Assembly (NCBI GenBank): GCA_012295275.1
Contig: CM022674.1
Coordinates: forward strand, 14,384,001 to 14,448,000
DNA length: 64,000 nucleotides
Source: Chrysomallon squamiferum
Lineage: Eukaryota; Animalia; Mollusca
Reading direction: 5' to 3'
Part shown: piece after piece, positions 23,698 through 50,710 of the stretch
How positions within the stretch are numbered: the stretch's first letter is position 1
Layout: each line of letters begins with the position of its first letter
Notes under the pieces: generated by a model
Told to the model about the DNA's origin: nothing
Seen by the model: the letters and a program-made list of their open reading frames with translations, nothing else
Databases searched by the model: none
Made by a program: the position numbers and the translations under genes

Positions 23698-24723
23698 AGA
23701 ATATTTCCATAAAAGGAAACTCTAACTTACTTTAATCATGTTTTTTGACCAAGAGCCAAGTTGTTTTTGCTCTTTCTCAAACTGATCAGCCGACATATTT
23801 ATAAAAGCTTTGTCGTTTTCATTGAAAATTACATTAAAATGTTCAGACTCTTTCCCTGAAATGACCAAATAATCTTTAAGCCAAAAGAAATTAGGAAGAA
23901 AATGTACTATCAATTTTATTTTTTTGTTTTTAGTTTTATTCTTTTTCTTTCTTTTTTATTATTATTATTATTTTTATTTATTTATTTATTTATTTTTTAT
24001 TTTTTTTTTTTTTGTAATGATAAAAGTAACTTAGTAAGTTTTCATAATTATCTCTAAAGCCTATATCTATTTAAAATATTCATTAATTTTAGAATTATTA
24101 GCTATAAATTTGGTAATATATTAACAACAATAATTAGAAAATAATGTAATTAATATTATTCTTTCATAAAAGTTTAATTACTTTAATAAGTAAAATAAAT
24201 AAATCAATGAGTAAGTAAACAAAATTTACCCATATCAGGCAGATGATCTTTGTAATAATAAAAGCCTGGAGTATTATCTACAGTTCTGACATCCACCTTT
24301 CCATCTGCGCCGACTCTGCACAGACTTGTGTTTCCATTCTCCCATTTCACTTTAACTACGTCACGAGCAGACGACGGGCTGGAACTTTCTAGTGAACGTA
24401 TTTTACCGCGTTTACCAGCTTCACCTGGGAGACAGACAGTTTCTTGTTTAATTAAAAAAATAATAACAAATAAATAAAACTCATATAATTTTGTTTATCT
24501 TCTGAACGAATAATAATAATAATAATAAATAAATAACGACAATTATAATAATAATTTAATAAATATAAATAAAACTATTTACTGTATCGACTGTCGTCCC
24601 AGCGTATACCGCGAACAACCGTTGCCCCAGGAAACAATCCTATTAACGGATTTCTCTGAGATAAAGATCTCTTCATCACGGGGACACTAAAATGGAATAG
24701 AGCCAGATTTTGATTACTATTGT

Positions 24724-24758
<35 letters not shown>

Positions 24759-26036
24759 ATTGTTGTTTTTACTTGACACCAAAAGTAAAACGAAAAACTT
24801 AAAAATAATGTGACATATGTGTACTTTTCTCTTGCCTATAAAAATAAATTTATTACAATACAGAGACTTTCACAGTGAAATTTAATTGGTACTATTTATT
24901 GCATTGAGAGAACGCGCCTTTGCCTACCCTTCGCAATAAGGTCTGTCAAAACGTAGGAACTCGTGAGTTACGTCATGATTATTCGATGCGTAACAAACTG
25001 GGCACAGATTATAGTCTTCACATTGTTTACATTTAAACCTCATTCCAAATATGCCACGTTTTTTACACCAGCTGCAGTCCACTTTGGTATGTCGAATGCC
25101 TACAGAGAAACACAATTCTGATTTAAGTAAATAAATATAAATAAAATGTGTGGCGGGACATTCTTTTATTTCAATATAATATAATATAATAATAATAATA
25201 ATATAATATATATATATATGTATATATACATATGTACGTATGTGTGTGTGTTATATATGTGTATGTATGTCTTTCAAGCACAAACACTATAATACAATGT
25301 TATCTAAATTAAAGTAATATAAAAATATACATAAATTTATAAACGTACCCACTGGCGCATTATCGAAAATTTTCAATTCATATTTGCCGCCTTTCCCAAT
25401 ACTACAGGTAGACTGGTTTCCATTGTCCCATACTACTTCCGCCGACTGGTCTTCGTTCATACATGTAACTGTTCCCAAGTGACCTTCACCTCCGTCTTCA
25501 TTCCCATGATTCCAGTGTACAGCACGCACTACACGCAACCCGGCCATTGTTGTTTTTGTTCTTTTTTTTCCTCCTCTAACGCAAAATTTTGGACACGTGC
25601 CAGACTTACATTCAGACTGACATATCACATATCCGCCCAGCTATCACGTTAAACAGAATTGTCATGTATGAATGATTACTTCAAGTTTGCAAATGTGTAT
25701 ATTCTGTATATATGTCTGTATGTATTGTGTATGTATGTGTGAGTATGTGTCTGTATTTATATGTGTGTGTGTGTCAGATTTTATATGTGTATAGTATATA
25801 TGTTTTTGTGTTTTGTGTAGGTAGGCATTGAGATATGTAGAAAATTTGGTAGGTGTCTGTATATTTGTAGGTGTGTTTGCGTGCATGTATAAATATATGA
25901 ACTAGTGATAGTAACAGTAGTAGTGCTAGTGCCAATAGCAGTACCATTAGTAGTAGTAGTAGTAGTAATAGTAGACGTATTGCTAACAGTAGTAATAAAA
26001 GCAGGCAATGTAGTAGTTGTAGTAATAGTAGTAGTA

Positions 26037-26079
<43 letters not shown>

Positions 26080-26499
26080 TAGTGTTGTTGTTGTTGTTGT
26101 AGTAGTAGTAGTAGTAGTAGTAGATGTGTTGTCTATTTACGTGCAAAGATTAATTGTAAAGAAATCTTCGTAATCCTTTTCCCGCTGGTGAATATAAAAG
26201 CATTAAAATAAAATAAAACAAACAACAACAATGTTAGTAAATCTTATTTACAATTACTATGAAGTTACATTTTCTCTAAAATAGTAAGAAGATGAAATAT
26301 AAAAGTTAAAATACGTACCCGATGTTCTTCCTCCTGCTGAGTGACTTGTGAATGTCGTCAACGGCGAGAGGGACAGATCCAGAAACGTTGTAGACGGGTG
26401 TGTTGATGAATACATGAAACCAGAAAAATTCAACACATATATAAAAAAATAAACCTTAAAAATAAATATAAAATAACACGTACATTAATGCTCTCTATC

Positions 26500-26553
<54 letters not shown>

Positions 26554-26568
26554 CTGAAATAAGGTAAT

Positions 26569-27110
26569 ACAGAGAGAATAACATGATCAAACTCGCTGAG
26601 TAAACATAAAGAAAGCAGACACGATATTACCTGACAGAAACAACCAGAACAAACACAAATATACAACACACTCATACAGAACAAACACAGATACATCTAA
26701 ACACACCAACAAAACAAACACAGATACATCATTGGACAACTCATTCATTCATACAGAAATACTCCATTATACACACCCCACCCTGTCACCTATCCCGACT
26801 GTGAGTCTACGTGTTGTTTGTCACTGGTGGAATGTGTCCGCCTATTCAAGTCTATTCCTGACTAACTAGTAAATTCTTCCTTATTTCGGTTTCGAAAATT
26901 GTTTGTTTGCCCCCAATCAAACGTCATTTCTTACGTGAATTTCTTAACATATACTGGTACCTCTTGTCTGAAGATATGTTGAAGCAATTTCTATTCTATG
27001 TTTATTAACTCTAACAACAGAGAGAATAACATGATCAAACTCGCTGAGTAAACAAAAAGAAAGCAGGCACGATATTACCTGACAGAAACGACCAGAACAA
27101 ACACAAATAC
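26569..27110. repeat. Direct duplication of a ~95-bp segment (26569-26660 and 27017-27110)
   Basis: acagagagaataacatgatcaaactcgctgagtaaaca...gatattacctgacagaaac occurs twice, each copy followed by satellite units. Confidence 0.85.
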
Positions 27111-30100
27111 ATCTAAACACACTCATACAGAACAGACACAGACATCTAAACACACACATACAGAACAAACACAGACATCTAAACACACTCATACAGAACA
27201 GACAAAAAGACATCTAAACATACTCATACAGAACAGACACAAATACACAACAACACACTTACAGAACAAACACAAATACACAACACACTCTTACAGAACA
27301 ATCACAAACACACAACACACTCATACAGAACAAACACAAATACATCTAAACACAACACACTCATACAGAACAAACAAATACACAACACACTCTTACAGAA
27401 CAATCACAAACACACAACAACACACTCTTACAGAACAGACAAAAAGACATCTAAACACACTCGTACAGAACAGACTCAAATACACAACAACACTCTTACA
27501 GAACAAACACAAATACATCTAAACACACTCATACAGAACAAACACAAAGACATCTAAACACACTCATACAGAACAAACACAAAGACATCTAAACACACTC
27601 ATACAGAACAAACACAAAGACATCTAAACACACTCATACAGAACAGACACAAAGATCTAAACATACTCATACAGAACAGACACAGACATCTAAACACACT
27701 CATACAGAACAAACACAGATACATCTATACACACTCATACAGAACAGACAAAAAGACATCTAAACATACTCATATAGAACAAACACAGATACATCTATAC
27801 ACAACAACACACTCATACAGAACAAACACAAATACATTTAAACATAACAACACACTCATATAGAACAAACACAAATACATCTAAACACAACACACTCATA
27901 CAGAACAAAAATAAATACAAAACAACACTCATACAGAACATAAATACATATATACACAACAACACACTCATACAGAACAAACACATCTAAACACTCTCAT
28001 ACAGAACAAACACAAATAGATCTAAACACAACACACTCATACAGAACAAACAGATACATCTAAACACAACAACACACTCATACAGAACAAACACAAATAC
28101 ATCTAAACACAACAACAGCTCATACGGAACACACACAAATACACAACAACACACTCATACAGAACAAACACAAATACATCTAAACACAACAACACACTCA
28201 TACAGAACAAACACAAATACATCTAAACACAACAACAGCTCATACGGAACAAACACAAATACACAACAACATACTCATACAGAACAAACAGAAATACATC
28301 TTTACACAACAACACACTCATACAGAACAAACATACATACATTTATACACAACACACTCTTACAGAACAATCACAAATACACAACAGCACACTCTTACAG
28401 AACAATCACAAATACACAACAACACACTCATACAGAACAAATACATCTATACACAACAACACACTCATACAGAACAAACATATATGCATCTAAATATAAC
28501 AACACACTCATACAGAACAAACACAAATACATCTAAACTCAACAACACATTCATACAGAACAAACACAAATACATCTGTACACAACAACACACTCATACA
28601 GAACAAACACAGATACATCCGTACACAACACACTCATACAGAACAAACACAAATACACAACAACACACTCATACAGAACAAACACAGATACATCTGTACA
28701 CAACACACTCATACAGAACAAACACAGATACATCTGTACACAACACACATACAGAACAAACACAAATACATCTGTACACAGCAACACTCTTACAGAACAA
28801 ACACAACTACACAACAACACACTCATACAGAACAAACACAAATACACAACAACACACTCATACAGAACAAACACAACTACACAACAACACACTCATACAG
28901 AACAAACACAAATACATCTGTACACAACAACACACTCATACAGAACAAACACAGATACATCTGTACACAACAGCACACTCATACAGAACAAAGACAGATA
29001 CATCTGTACACAACAACACACTCATACAGAACAAACACAGATACATCTGTACACAACAGCACACTCATACAGAACAAAGACAGATACATCTGTACACAAC
29101 ACACTCATACAGAACAAACACAAATACACAACAACACACTCATACAGAACAAACAAAAATACATCTGTACACAACAACACACTCATACAGAACAAACACA
29201 GATACATCTGTACACAACAACACACTCATACAGAACAAACACAGATACATCTGTACACAACAACACACTCATACAGAACAAACACAGATACATCTGTACA
29301 CAACACACTCATACAGAACAAACACAAATACACAACACACTCATATAGAACAAACACAGATACATCTGTACACAACACACTCATACAGAACAAACACAAA
29401 TACACAACACACTCATACAGAACAAACACAAATACACAACAACACACTCATACAGAACAAACACAGATACATCTGTACACAACAACACACTCATACAGAA
29501 CAAACACAGATACATCTGTACACAACAACACACTCATACAGAACAAACACAAATACACAACAACACACTCATACAGAACACACACAGATACATCTGTACA
29601 CAACACACTCATACAGAACAAACACAAATACACAACACACTCATACAGAACAAACACAAATACACAACACTCATACAGAACAAACACAAATACATCTGTA
29701 CACAACTCATTCATACAGAACAAACACAAATACACAACAACACACTCATACAGAACAAACACAAATACATCTGTACACAACACATTCATACAGAACAAAC
29801 ACAAATACACAACAACAAACTCATACAGAACAAACACAAATACACAACACACTCATACAGAACAAACACAAATACATCTGTACACAACACACTCATACAG
29901 AACAAACACAAATACACAACAACACACTCATACAGAACAAACACAAATATATCTGTACACAACACATTCATACAGAACAAACACAAATACACAACAACAC
30001 ACTCATACAGAACAAACAAATACATCTGTACACAACACATTCATACAGAACAAACACAAATACACAACAACACACTCATACAGAACAAACACAAATACAC

Positions 30101-32692
30101 AACAACACACTCATACAGAACAAACAAATACATCTGTACACAGCAGCACTCTTACAGAACAAACACAAATACACAACACACTCATACAGAACAAACACAA
30201 ATACATCTAAACACAACACACTCATACAGAACAAAAATAAATACAAAACAACACACTCATACAGAACATAAATACATATATACACAACAACACACTCATA
30301 CAGAACAAACACATCTAAACACTCTCATACAGAACAAACACAAATATATCTAAACACAACACACTCATACAGAACAAACAGATACATCTATACACAACAA
30401 CACACTCATACAGAACAAACACAAATACATCTAAACACAACAACAGCTCATACGGAACAAACACAAATACACAAAAACACACTCATACAGAACAAACACA
30501 AATACATCTAAACACAACAACACACTCATACAGAACAAACACAAATACATCTAAACACAACAACAGCTCATACGGAACAAACACAAATACACAACAACAT
30601 ACTCATACAGAACAAACAGAAATACATCTTTACACAACACACTCATACAGAACAAACATACATACATTTATACACAACACACTCTTACAGAACAATCACA
30701 AATACACAACAGCACACTCTTACAGAACAATCACAAATACACAACAACACACTCATACAGAACAAATACATCTATACACAACAACACACTCATACAGAAC
30801 AAACATATATGCATCAAAAAATAACACACTCATACAGAACAAACGCAAATACATCTAAACTCAACAACACATTCATACAGAACAAACACAAATACACAAC
30901 ACACTCATACAGAACAAACACAGATACATCTGTACACAACAACACACTCATACAGAACAAACACAGATACATCCGTACACAACACACTCATACAGAACAA
31001 ACACAAATACACAACAACACACTCATACAGAACAAACACAAATACACAACACACTCATACAGAACAAATACATCTGTACACAGCAGCACTCTTACAGAAC
31101 AAACACAAATACACAACAACACACTCATACAGAACAAACACAAATACATCTAAACACAACACACTCATACAGAACAAAAATAAATACAAAACAACACACT
31201 CATACAGAACATAAATACATATATACACAACAACACACTCATACAGAACAAACACATCTAAACACTCTCATACAGAACAAACACAAATAGATCTAAACAC
31301 AACACACTCATACAGAACAAACAGATACATCTATACACAACAACACACTCATACAGAACAAACACAAATACATCTAAACACAACAACAGCTCATACGGAA
31401 CAAACACAAATACACAACAACACACTCATACAGAACAAACACAAATACACAACAACACACTCATACAGAACAAACACAAATACACAACAACACACTCATA
31501 CAGAACAAACACAGATACATCTGTACACAACAACACACTCATACAGAACAAACACAGATACATCTGTACACAACAACACACTCATACAGAACAAACACAA
31601 ATACATAACAACACACTCATACAGAACAAACACAGATACATCTGTACACAACACTCATACAGAACAAACACAAATACACAACACACTCATACAGAACAAA
31701 CACAAATACACAACAACACTCATACAGAACAAACACAAATACACAACACTCATACAGAACAAACACAAATACATCTGTACACAACACATTCATACAGAAC
31801 AAACACAAATACACAACACACTCATACAGAACAAACACAAATATATCTGTCCACAACACATTCATACAGAACAAACACAAATATACAACAACACACTCAT
31901 ACAGAACAAACACAAATACACAACACTCATACAGAACAAACACAAATACATCTGTACACAACACACTCATACAGAACAAACACAAATACACAACACACTC
32001 ATACAGAACAAACACAAATACATCTGTACACAACACATTCATACAGAACAAACACAAATACACAACACACTCATACAGAACAAACAAATACATCTGTACA
32101 CAACACATTCATACAGAACAAACACAAATACACAACAACACACTCATACAGAACAAACACAAATACACAACAACACACTCATACAGAACAAACACAAATA
32201 CACAACAACACACTCATACAGAACAAACAAATACATCTGTACACAGCAGCACTCTTACAGAACAAACACAAATACACAACAACACACTCATACAGAACAA
32301 ACACAGATACATCTGTACACAACAACACACTCATACAGAACAAATACAAATACACAACACACTCATACAGAACAAACACAGATCCATCTGTACACAACAC
32401 ACTCATACACAACAAACACAAATACACAACACACTCATACAGAACAGATACATCTGTACACAACTCATACAGAACAAACACAAATACATCTGTACACAAC
32501 AACACACTCATACAGAACAAACACAAATACATCTGTACACAACAACACACTCATACAGAACAAACACAGATACATCTATACACAACACACTCATACAGAA
32601 CAGATACATCTGTACACAACAGCACACTCATACACAACAACACACTCATACAGAACAAACACAGATACATCTATACACAACACACTCATACA
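27095..32692. repeat. ~5.6-kb CA-rich satellite with variable ~28-43-bp units and higher-order duplications
   Basis: Core acactcatacagaacaaacaca(a/g)ataca(tctgtaca)caac; + strand is very G-poor. A diagnostic block (cagaacaaaaataaatacaaaacaac...acataaatacatatatac) recurs at ~27900, ~30230 and ~31170. Confidence 0.97.
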
Positions 32693-32694
32693 CT

Positions 32695-32900
32695 AAAGGA
32701 GTTACAGCCTTTATCATCTCCTTCTCCTTTAATGTGGTACATATCGTGGAAGTACTACGCTCGTACTGCCTAGCCAAGTCGACTCTATACGCACACCTCG
32801 CTCATGTTTTTCTATGATTTCATGCTTTAATTCAATGGACATCATCCGATTCTTCTTCTCAGCACTGTCCTTTGCACTCACTTTCTTAGGATCCACAGTT
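32695..32900 (-). mobile_element. Tigger/pogo-type transposase relic (N-terminal CENP-B/psq-type HTH)
   Basis: PKKVSAKDSAEKKNRMMSIELKHEIIEKHERGVR, then after a frameshift VDLARQYERSTSTICTTLKEK; truncated at the satellite edge. Confidence 0.85.
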
Positions 32901-33019
32901 AGAACAAAGAAATGTGGCAAAATACTTCACAAAACGCAAGCTCAAGACAACAGATATAAAATATAAAATAAAATAAGAAATAAACTTCAATTTTAGATTT
33001 TTTTAATAAAAAAAAAAAA

Positions 33020-44191
<11,172 letters not shown>

Positions 44192-44254
44192 ACCTGGAAA
44201 AGAGATTCTAAATAAAAAACAGACACTGTATTCCTGCATACATATTACATACCT

Positions 44255-44382
<128 letters not shown>

Positions 44383-44749
44383 ATACACATGCATTAAAAT
44401 GTTTTGAAAGGAAATGTTATTTTTCCGAATTCTTTGGAACGTTTTTACTGAAATGCTACATTTTTACAGTTTTGGAGAAAGGATACTTTGTAAATAGCGT
44501 ACGAAATGGTTTTAAATAGATTTAGAAATATATCGTTTTGTTCTAGAAATGTATTTTTTATACATCTCTGAACGCTTTTGTATATAGTTTTAAAATGTTT
44601 TATGTATGTAAATAAATGTTTTTGAAATACCATACAAAATAACAAATATATACACAAAGGACCAAAGCACATGTAATATATATTTCAGTGGTCAGCTTTA
44701 GAGTTAAAACATAGAAAATGTTGTTTTGGTGGGGTTTTTTTATGCCTTG

Positions 44750-45350
44750 ACTAGTTTTCTGATTAAGTAGATTGTCTACAAATTAATTAAAATTTGCCTA
44801 CTTTTTTAATTAAGTAGACTGTATACATGTCTGTGTTAATGTATTTAGCTGATTAAGTACATTAGTAACATTTGTATTTTACTGTGTGTACGTTGAGTTT
44901 TATTTATACTAATCTAGAGACTGTTGCAAAGTGTTTCAAGTTGTACCAGCAGTGAAGTATGGTTTGTCTAGTTTTCTGAGTAAGTAGATTGTCTACTTTT
45001 GCCTACTTAAGTAGAATGTATACATGTCTGTGTTAATGTATTTAGTTGATTAAGTACATTAGTAACATTTGTATTTTACTGTGTGTACGTTGAGAGTTTT
45101 ATTTATACTAATCTAGAGACTGTTGCAAAGTGTTTCAAGTTGTACCAGCAGTGAAGTATGGTTTGTCTAGTTTTCTGAGTAAGTAGATTGTCTACTTTTG
45201 CCTACTTAAGTAGAATGTATACATGTCTGTGTTAATGTATTTAGCTGATTAAGTACATTAGTAACATTTGTATTTTACTGTGTGTACGTTGAGAGTTTTA
45301 TTTATACTAATCTAGAGACTGTTGCAAAGTGTTTCAATTTGTACCAGCAG
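44750..45350. repeat. ~199-bp tandem repeat x3 between convergent 3' ends
   Basis: tctagagactgttgcaaagtgtttcaa recurs at ~44913, ~45112 and ~45311 with near-identical intervening sequence. Confidence 0.92.
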
Positions 45351-45977
45351 GTGATAATTGGTTTAACTAAAATCGTAATAAAGTCGAATAAACCAGGAGG
45401 GATTGTTCATCTGTAATACTATATCAAGCTGTGATTAAACTTTAATGGTTTATTAAATCCTCTGTTTGTTTTGTTCTCATGTCTTGAACTAGAATAACAT
45501 ACATACATACATACATAATTAGGTTGATGTCCGAATGCTAACGTCGTAATGATAGTTGTAGTAGCAGTAGTAGTTTATTTAATTATTAATTAACTGATTT
45601 GTTTATTTATTTATTTGTTTTTTTTATTTATTTGTTTATTGAATGAAAGAAGCGAGCTGTATACAGTGGCGTATAGAAATAATTAATTTCTGTGTTTGTT
45701 GTATGACTGTAAGACGTGGGTACTTGCACTCAGAGACAAACAGGGTGCCATGTATTGTATACATTGTTAAATGTGTCAACTTGATAATTAATATTTCGTA
45801 AATATCAAAATGAACTTATGTTATTTTTATTTATTATCATAATGATAAGAAGAAGAACAACAACAATAATAATAACAATAATAACAAAAACAACAACAAC
45901 AATAATAATAATAACACCGAAAAATTGATGAAATAAAAAATTATTGACTCGAGTTTTATTTCCTTTTAAACAAAAAG

Positions 45978-46323
45978 TTATCTCCTCTTCCCTGCCTCGT
46001 TCTGATATCGGGCAATAGGCTCGGCGTCTTTGTCACGTGCCCACGACTGCTGCTCGCCACTTCCCAGCCAAATAAACAAAATGGCGCCGGTCAAACAGAG
46101 AGCAGCACAAACATAGAAAACGTTTCTCCATTCCTCAGCTGTTTTCTGTTTCAAAACAGAACCAATCAGAAATTAGTATTAAAAAAGATATTTTTAATTT
46201 TTACATTTTATTTTTAAACAAAAAAAAAAAATAAAATAAAAAAATAAAAGCTAAAAAAAAAAAAATCAAAGCAATCATTCTGAAGTTTTTCTTTCGGATA
46301 GGCGATGTTGTGCGTACTTGTGT

Positions 46324-46367
<44 letters not shown>

Positions 46368-46650
46368 ACATACATATACATGTTTAAAGTTGTTGAGATG
46401 TAAAGTTAGGTATATATATTCTTTATTAAAATGCATCATTATTTTCCAGTAGGTTATTTATATAATATAATTATTATAATAAACGTTAGAATACGTACGT
46501 TTGGAGTTAAGGCCCCTGCCACTAGAGGCGCTATCATGCCTGGTATTGTGGCTAATGTGTTTGTTATACCTAACAAAAGTCCAGCATATCTAGGATAAAA
46601 TAAAACACAAAAGTTGATATCGATATTTTTGTTACATAATTACATTATAA

Positions 46651-46748
<98 letters not shown>

Positions 46749-47241
46749 CATTAAACTGAAAATTAAAAAAAAAGACTTTAAAGGAAATACTCAGTCTGAA
46801 CATACATTATGTGTAAGCTGACGTACCTGGGTGCGATGTCCACGTGGTTCACGATGTAGCCGGCCTTGTTAATGCCCATGGCAGACAAACACAGGCAAAG
46901 CAGAACGACGGCTACGATACGGTGCTCACACGTGACAAATCCCGCGCCAACTAGAAACGTCGCCGTCAGAATGAACGCTGAAAAGTAAGAGTTCAAATCA
47001 AAGGTAGGTAACTCTGTGCTGTCGCAAGTAACAACTAAGAAAAAGAAGTACAAGTATCATTTTGAAATAGCCGAAGTTTTGGTTGTGATCTACATTTGAT
47101 TGTATTTTTAACTTAACGATGTTTCTCTAAGTACGTCTGTTTGTATTACTAATTTAACGATGTTGCTATAGTTACTTGAGGTAATTATATTATTACAAAT
47201 CTTACGTTTTCTATAGTTATATCAGAATTTATATATGTATA

Positions 47242-47293
<52 letters not shown>

Positions 47294-47896
47294 AATACAT
47301 ATGCTTATGCTTGTGTAAATATATAGATACAGATATATATTACTTTTTAATATTGCTATGGTTACGTGATTATAATTTTTAAAACTGTAGTGGTATATCT
47401 TAGTAATTGTATTTAAAACATCAGTATGTTTCTATGGTTACGTGCGACTGTACTTACACACAGTCTGCCAGATTTTTCTCACTGAAGCTGTAGTCAGTAT
47501 TCTTCTCACTCTGACGAAATCTGCCAGTTGTCCAGCCAAAACCGCAGACACACAGTGACATAAATACGGTAACGACGACAGCATACCATTCTGTACAACA
47601 GCAATAACTGACACATTTGTACAAAAAATGTCTACGACGTTCATCTCACAGACATGAACAGTGAGAAAACGTGCAATTTCTGCTGTCAAAAGGTAGGTAA
47701 AGCTTTTAGCTAAATATAACAAAATACTCTGGCTGATGTTTAATACAATAAATACAATAGACATAATACGATACAATACATTAAAAAAGTAAAATAAAAT
47801 AAACAAATAGAAAAACAAATAAAATAATATAATATTAAAAATATAATAAATACATAAATAGACTTACTGGTTCATTAATTAAATAATTAATAATAA

Positions 47897-47928
<32 letters not shown>

Positions 47929-48974
47929 GATTATTATTATTATTATTATATTTGTCATTATTATTATCTAAACAGACAGAGAGATGGCATTTCGATCAAT
48001 CTGACACCCCCTGACATACAAATGGATTCGTCCCTCACTCACCTCGCGGATGTCGAACTTGAGGACTTCTTTCATGAAGGTTGGAAGGCTGGTGAGAAGT
48101 GTGTAGTTGGTGAAGTTGTTACAAAAGTGCGCTGAAATGATCGCCCACAACGGACCCGACTTCAACAAACTCAGCCACGGCGTCGACATTTTCTGAAATA
48201 AGAAAGTAATTAGATGTTTACAGTTGTTTATATCTGTGTAATAACAACAACCACAACAATAAGAACAACTAAGAAAATTAGAAAAAGTCGAAATAAAATA
48301 ACAAACAACAACAACAACACGAAAAGACATTCAGCTTTATAGAAATATTTTACCATAATCCGGGGAAAGGGACATATTCTGTGTTAAACACGCAGACAAA
48401 GAAACAGAAATAATAAATAAAAAAAAAAAAAAAAAAAACTTAAACGGAGGTGTCACCCTCCCCCACCCCCACACACACACACACACAAACTCACAAACTC
48501 AGACACAAACCTTAAGGCCGCCTCTTAATCCTATAGAATTTTCTATGAAATCTTTTTCTTCGTCTGAGATAGATTTGTGTTGACTGGGTGTATCCGCTAC
48601 CAGGAACAGCCACACTCCCGCCCAAAGAAGAGTTCCTCCCCCTGACGGAAAATTTACACATGGCAATTCGTATGATTTTATTTATTACTGACAATGTTAC
48701 TATAGTAACGTGTTTATAATTTACAGTGATAATGTAGTTATGCATGTTGCTAAAGTTTTGAATCACTTTATAATATAACGATGTTAATATTGTTACGCAT
48801 GACTGGGTTTATAACGTACACTGATGCTATAGTTACGTGTAACTATTTATAACTGATAATGTGACTATAGTAATATATATTTATAACATACATTGTTGAT
48901 GTGATTACATGAACGTACATAACAGTGTTTAGCATTCTGTTCTCTGTTTTACGATATAGCTAACGATGAGTTAC

Positions 48975-49009
<35 letters not shown>

Positions 49010-50663
49010 TTTTATTTTATTTTATTTTATTTTATTTTATTTTATTTTTCCTGCTTATAGGAATGTGTATACTATTCATTACCACTGCTGATATCAACAG
49101 AAGTCCTCTCATTCTTGTTTCTCTGTATATAATTATGTTCGTGTGTGTGAGTGACTGTGTTTGCTGGTGTGTCTATACATGCGTGCGTGCGTGTGCTGTT
49201 TATATACACCTGTGAGGTAGAAAATAGAGCCCCAGCCATTGTCAAATCCATACGCACAGAGCAAACCAGAAATTCCAAACGTCAGAATAGTTCCCACAGC
49301 GGCGCCTGTAAACATGGTAAACACGTGTAAACAATGACTGTGTGTAAACATAGTAAATATGTGTAAACAATGACTGTGTGTAGACATAGTACATATGTGT
49401 AAACAATGACTGTGTGTAGACATAGTACATAAACATAGTAAACAATGACTGTGTGTAGACATAGTACATATGTGTAAAGTAAACATAGTAAATATGTGTA
49501 AACTTAGTAAACATAGTAAATGTGTGTAAACTTAGTAAATATGCGTAAACAGAGTACACATGTGTAAACATAGTAGATTTGTTAACTTGGTACACATGAG
49601 TAAAGAGAGTAAACATGATAATCAGAGTAAATGTATAGTCACATAGCAAACATGAGTAAACATAGTAAACGTGTAAACAAAAAATGTATGTAAACATGAG
49701 CAAACTTAGTAAACATTGTAAATACAGTAAACATTTTTAAACAGAGTAAACATGTGTAAACGGTAAATGTACATAAAAATAGCGGACATGAGTAAACATA
49801 GCCTAATACCTGAATAGCTGAATGAAATAAGTTTGCTTCGTTCAAACAATGGCGACCAACGTCCAAACATTGAGTGCATTGAAGGAAACGAAACTCCCTG
49901 ACAAAAAGAACACAACTAATTATTCGAAAACACTTATCAGAATTCACTAACTGCAAATCACTATCCAAAGTTGATTAATCATAAGCACTAATTAAGAATA
50001 CCTATTCAAAACTCAGCATTCAAACTCACTGCTAAGAAATCACTATTCTAAACTCAGCATTCAAACTCACTACTAAGAAATCACTATTCTAAACTCTGTA
50101 TTTAAAAAGTCACAATTCTAAACTCAACTGAAACCTGTCTACCTGAAATAAACTGTGTATTCAGTGAGTTGTTCTGAAATTACAGCTAAGTAAAACTCAC
50201 TGATCCGAATCCGATCATAAATCGCAGCGTGTAGAGCAGATAGATGCTGGTTCGAGCCCCGACTGGGATCAGTGTGGTACAGAGTCCTACAAGAGCCATC
50301 GCGTACCCCCACACCCTCCTCGTGCCGAACCGGGCGGCCAGCCAACCCCCGGGCATCTGAGTGAAGATGTATCCATAGAAATACATAGCAAGTAGGCGTG
50401 ACCTCACAGATTTGTCCCAGGAAAACTCGCCATCCTGACAAGAATAATAATAATAATAATAATAATAATACACAATAACAAAACAAAAATACTAAAACAA
50501 ATATGCTAAAAACAACAAAGACATCAATAACAACAATAATAATAATGACAGCAACTATAATAACATTAATAATAACAACAAGAACAACAACAGCTATACT
50601 GATAATAGTAATAATAACGATAACAATGACAACAATAATAATATTTACAACCACAACAACAAC

Positions 50664-50710
<47 letters not shown>

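Larger units (their letters stand above)
13704..25547 (-). pseudogene. Mind bomb (MIB2)-like E3 ligase paralogue A: MIB-HERC2, ZZ finger, MIB-HERC2, MIB repeats, ankyrins, one RING. First 8 exons intact, several 3' exons frameshifted (pseudogene or assembly indels)
   Basis: Exons 25547-25349 (MAGLRVVRAVHWNHGNEDGGEGHLGTV..VVWDNG), 25099-24928 (ZZ: CSWC..GMRFKCKQCEDYNLCPVCY..H..HEF), 24686-24583, 24424-24230 (YYKDHLP), 23855-23731, 23457-23353, 23080-22976 (VKKLQKSHGGW), 21110-20915, 20021-19838 (frameshift), 19471-19314 (frameshifts), 18862-18700, 18097-17943, 17596-17464, 16866-16764, 16455-16400, 15732-~15568 (frameshifts), 14710-14528 (RING CMLC..PCGH..CKNC..CPKC), 13737-13704. Confidence 0.85.

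Noticed and set aside
28484-30271. 595-aa His/Thr/Gln-rich ORF and the overlapping Cys/Val-rich antisense ORFs
   Set aside because: Translation of the CA-rich satellite; stops are rare because of composition, and all three frames' motifs alternate.
27095-32692. CRISPR-like pattern of a constant core with variable intervening sequence
   Set aside because: The intervening parts are modular variants of one another, not unique spacers; there are no cas genes and the context is eukaryotic.
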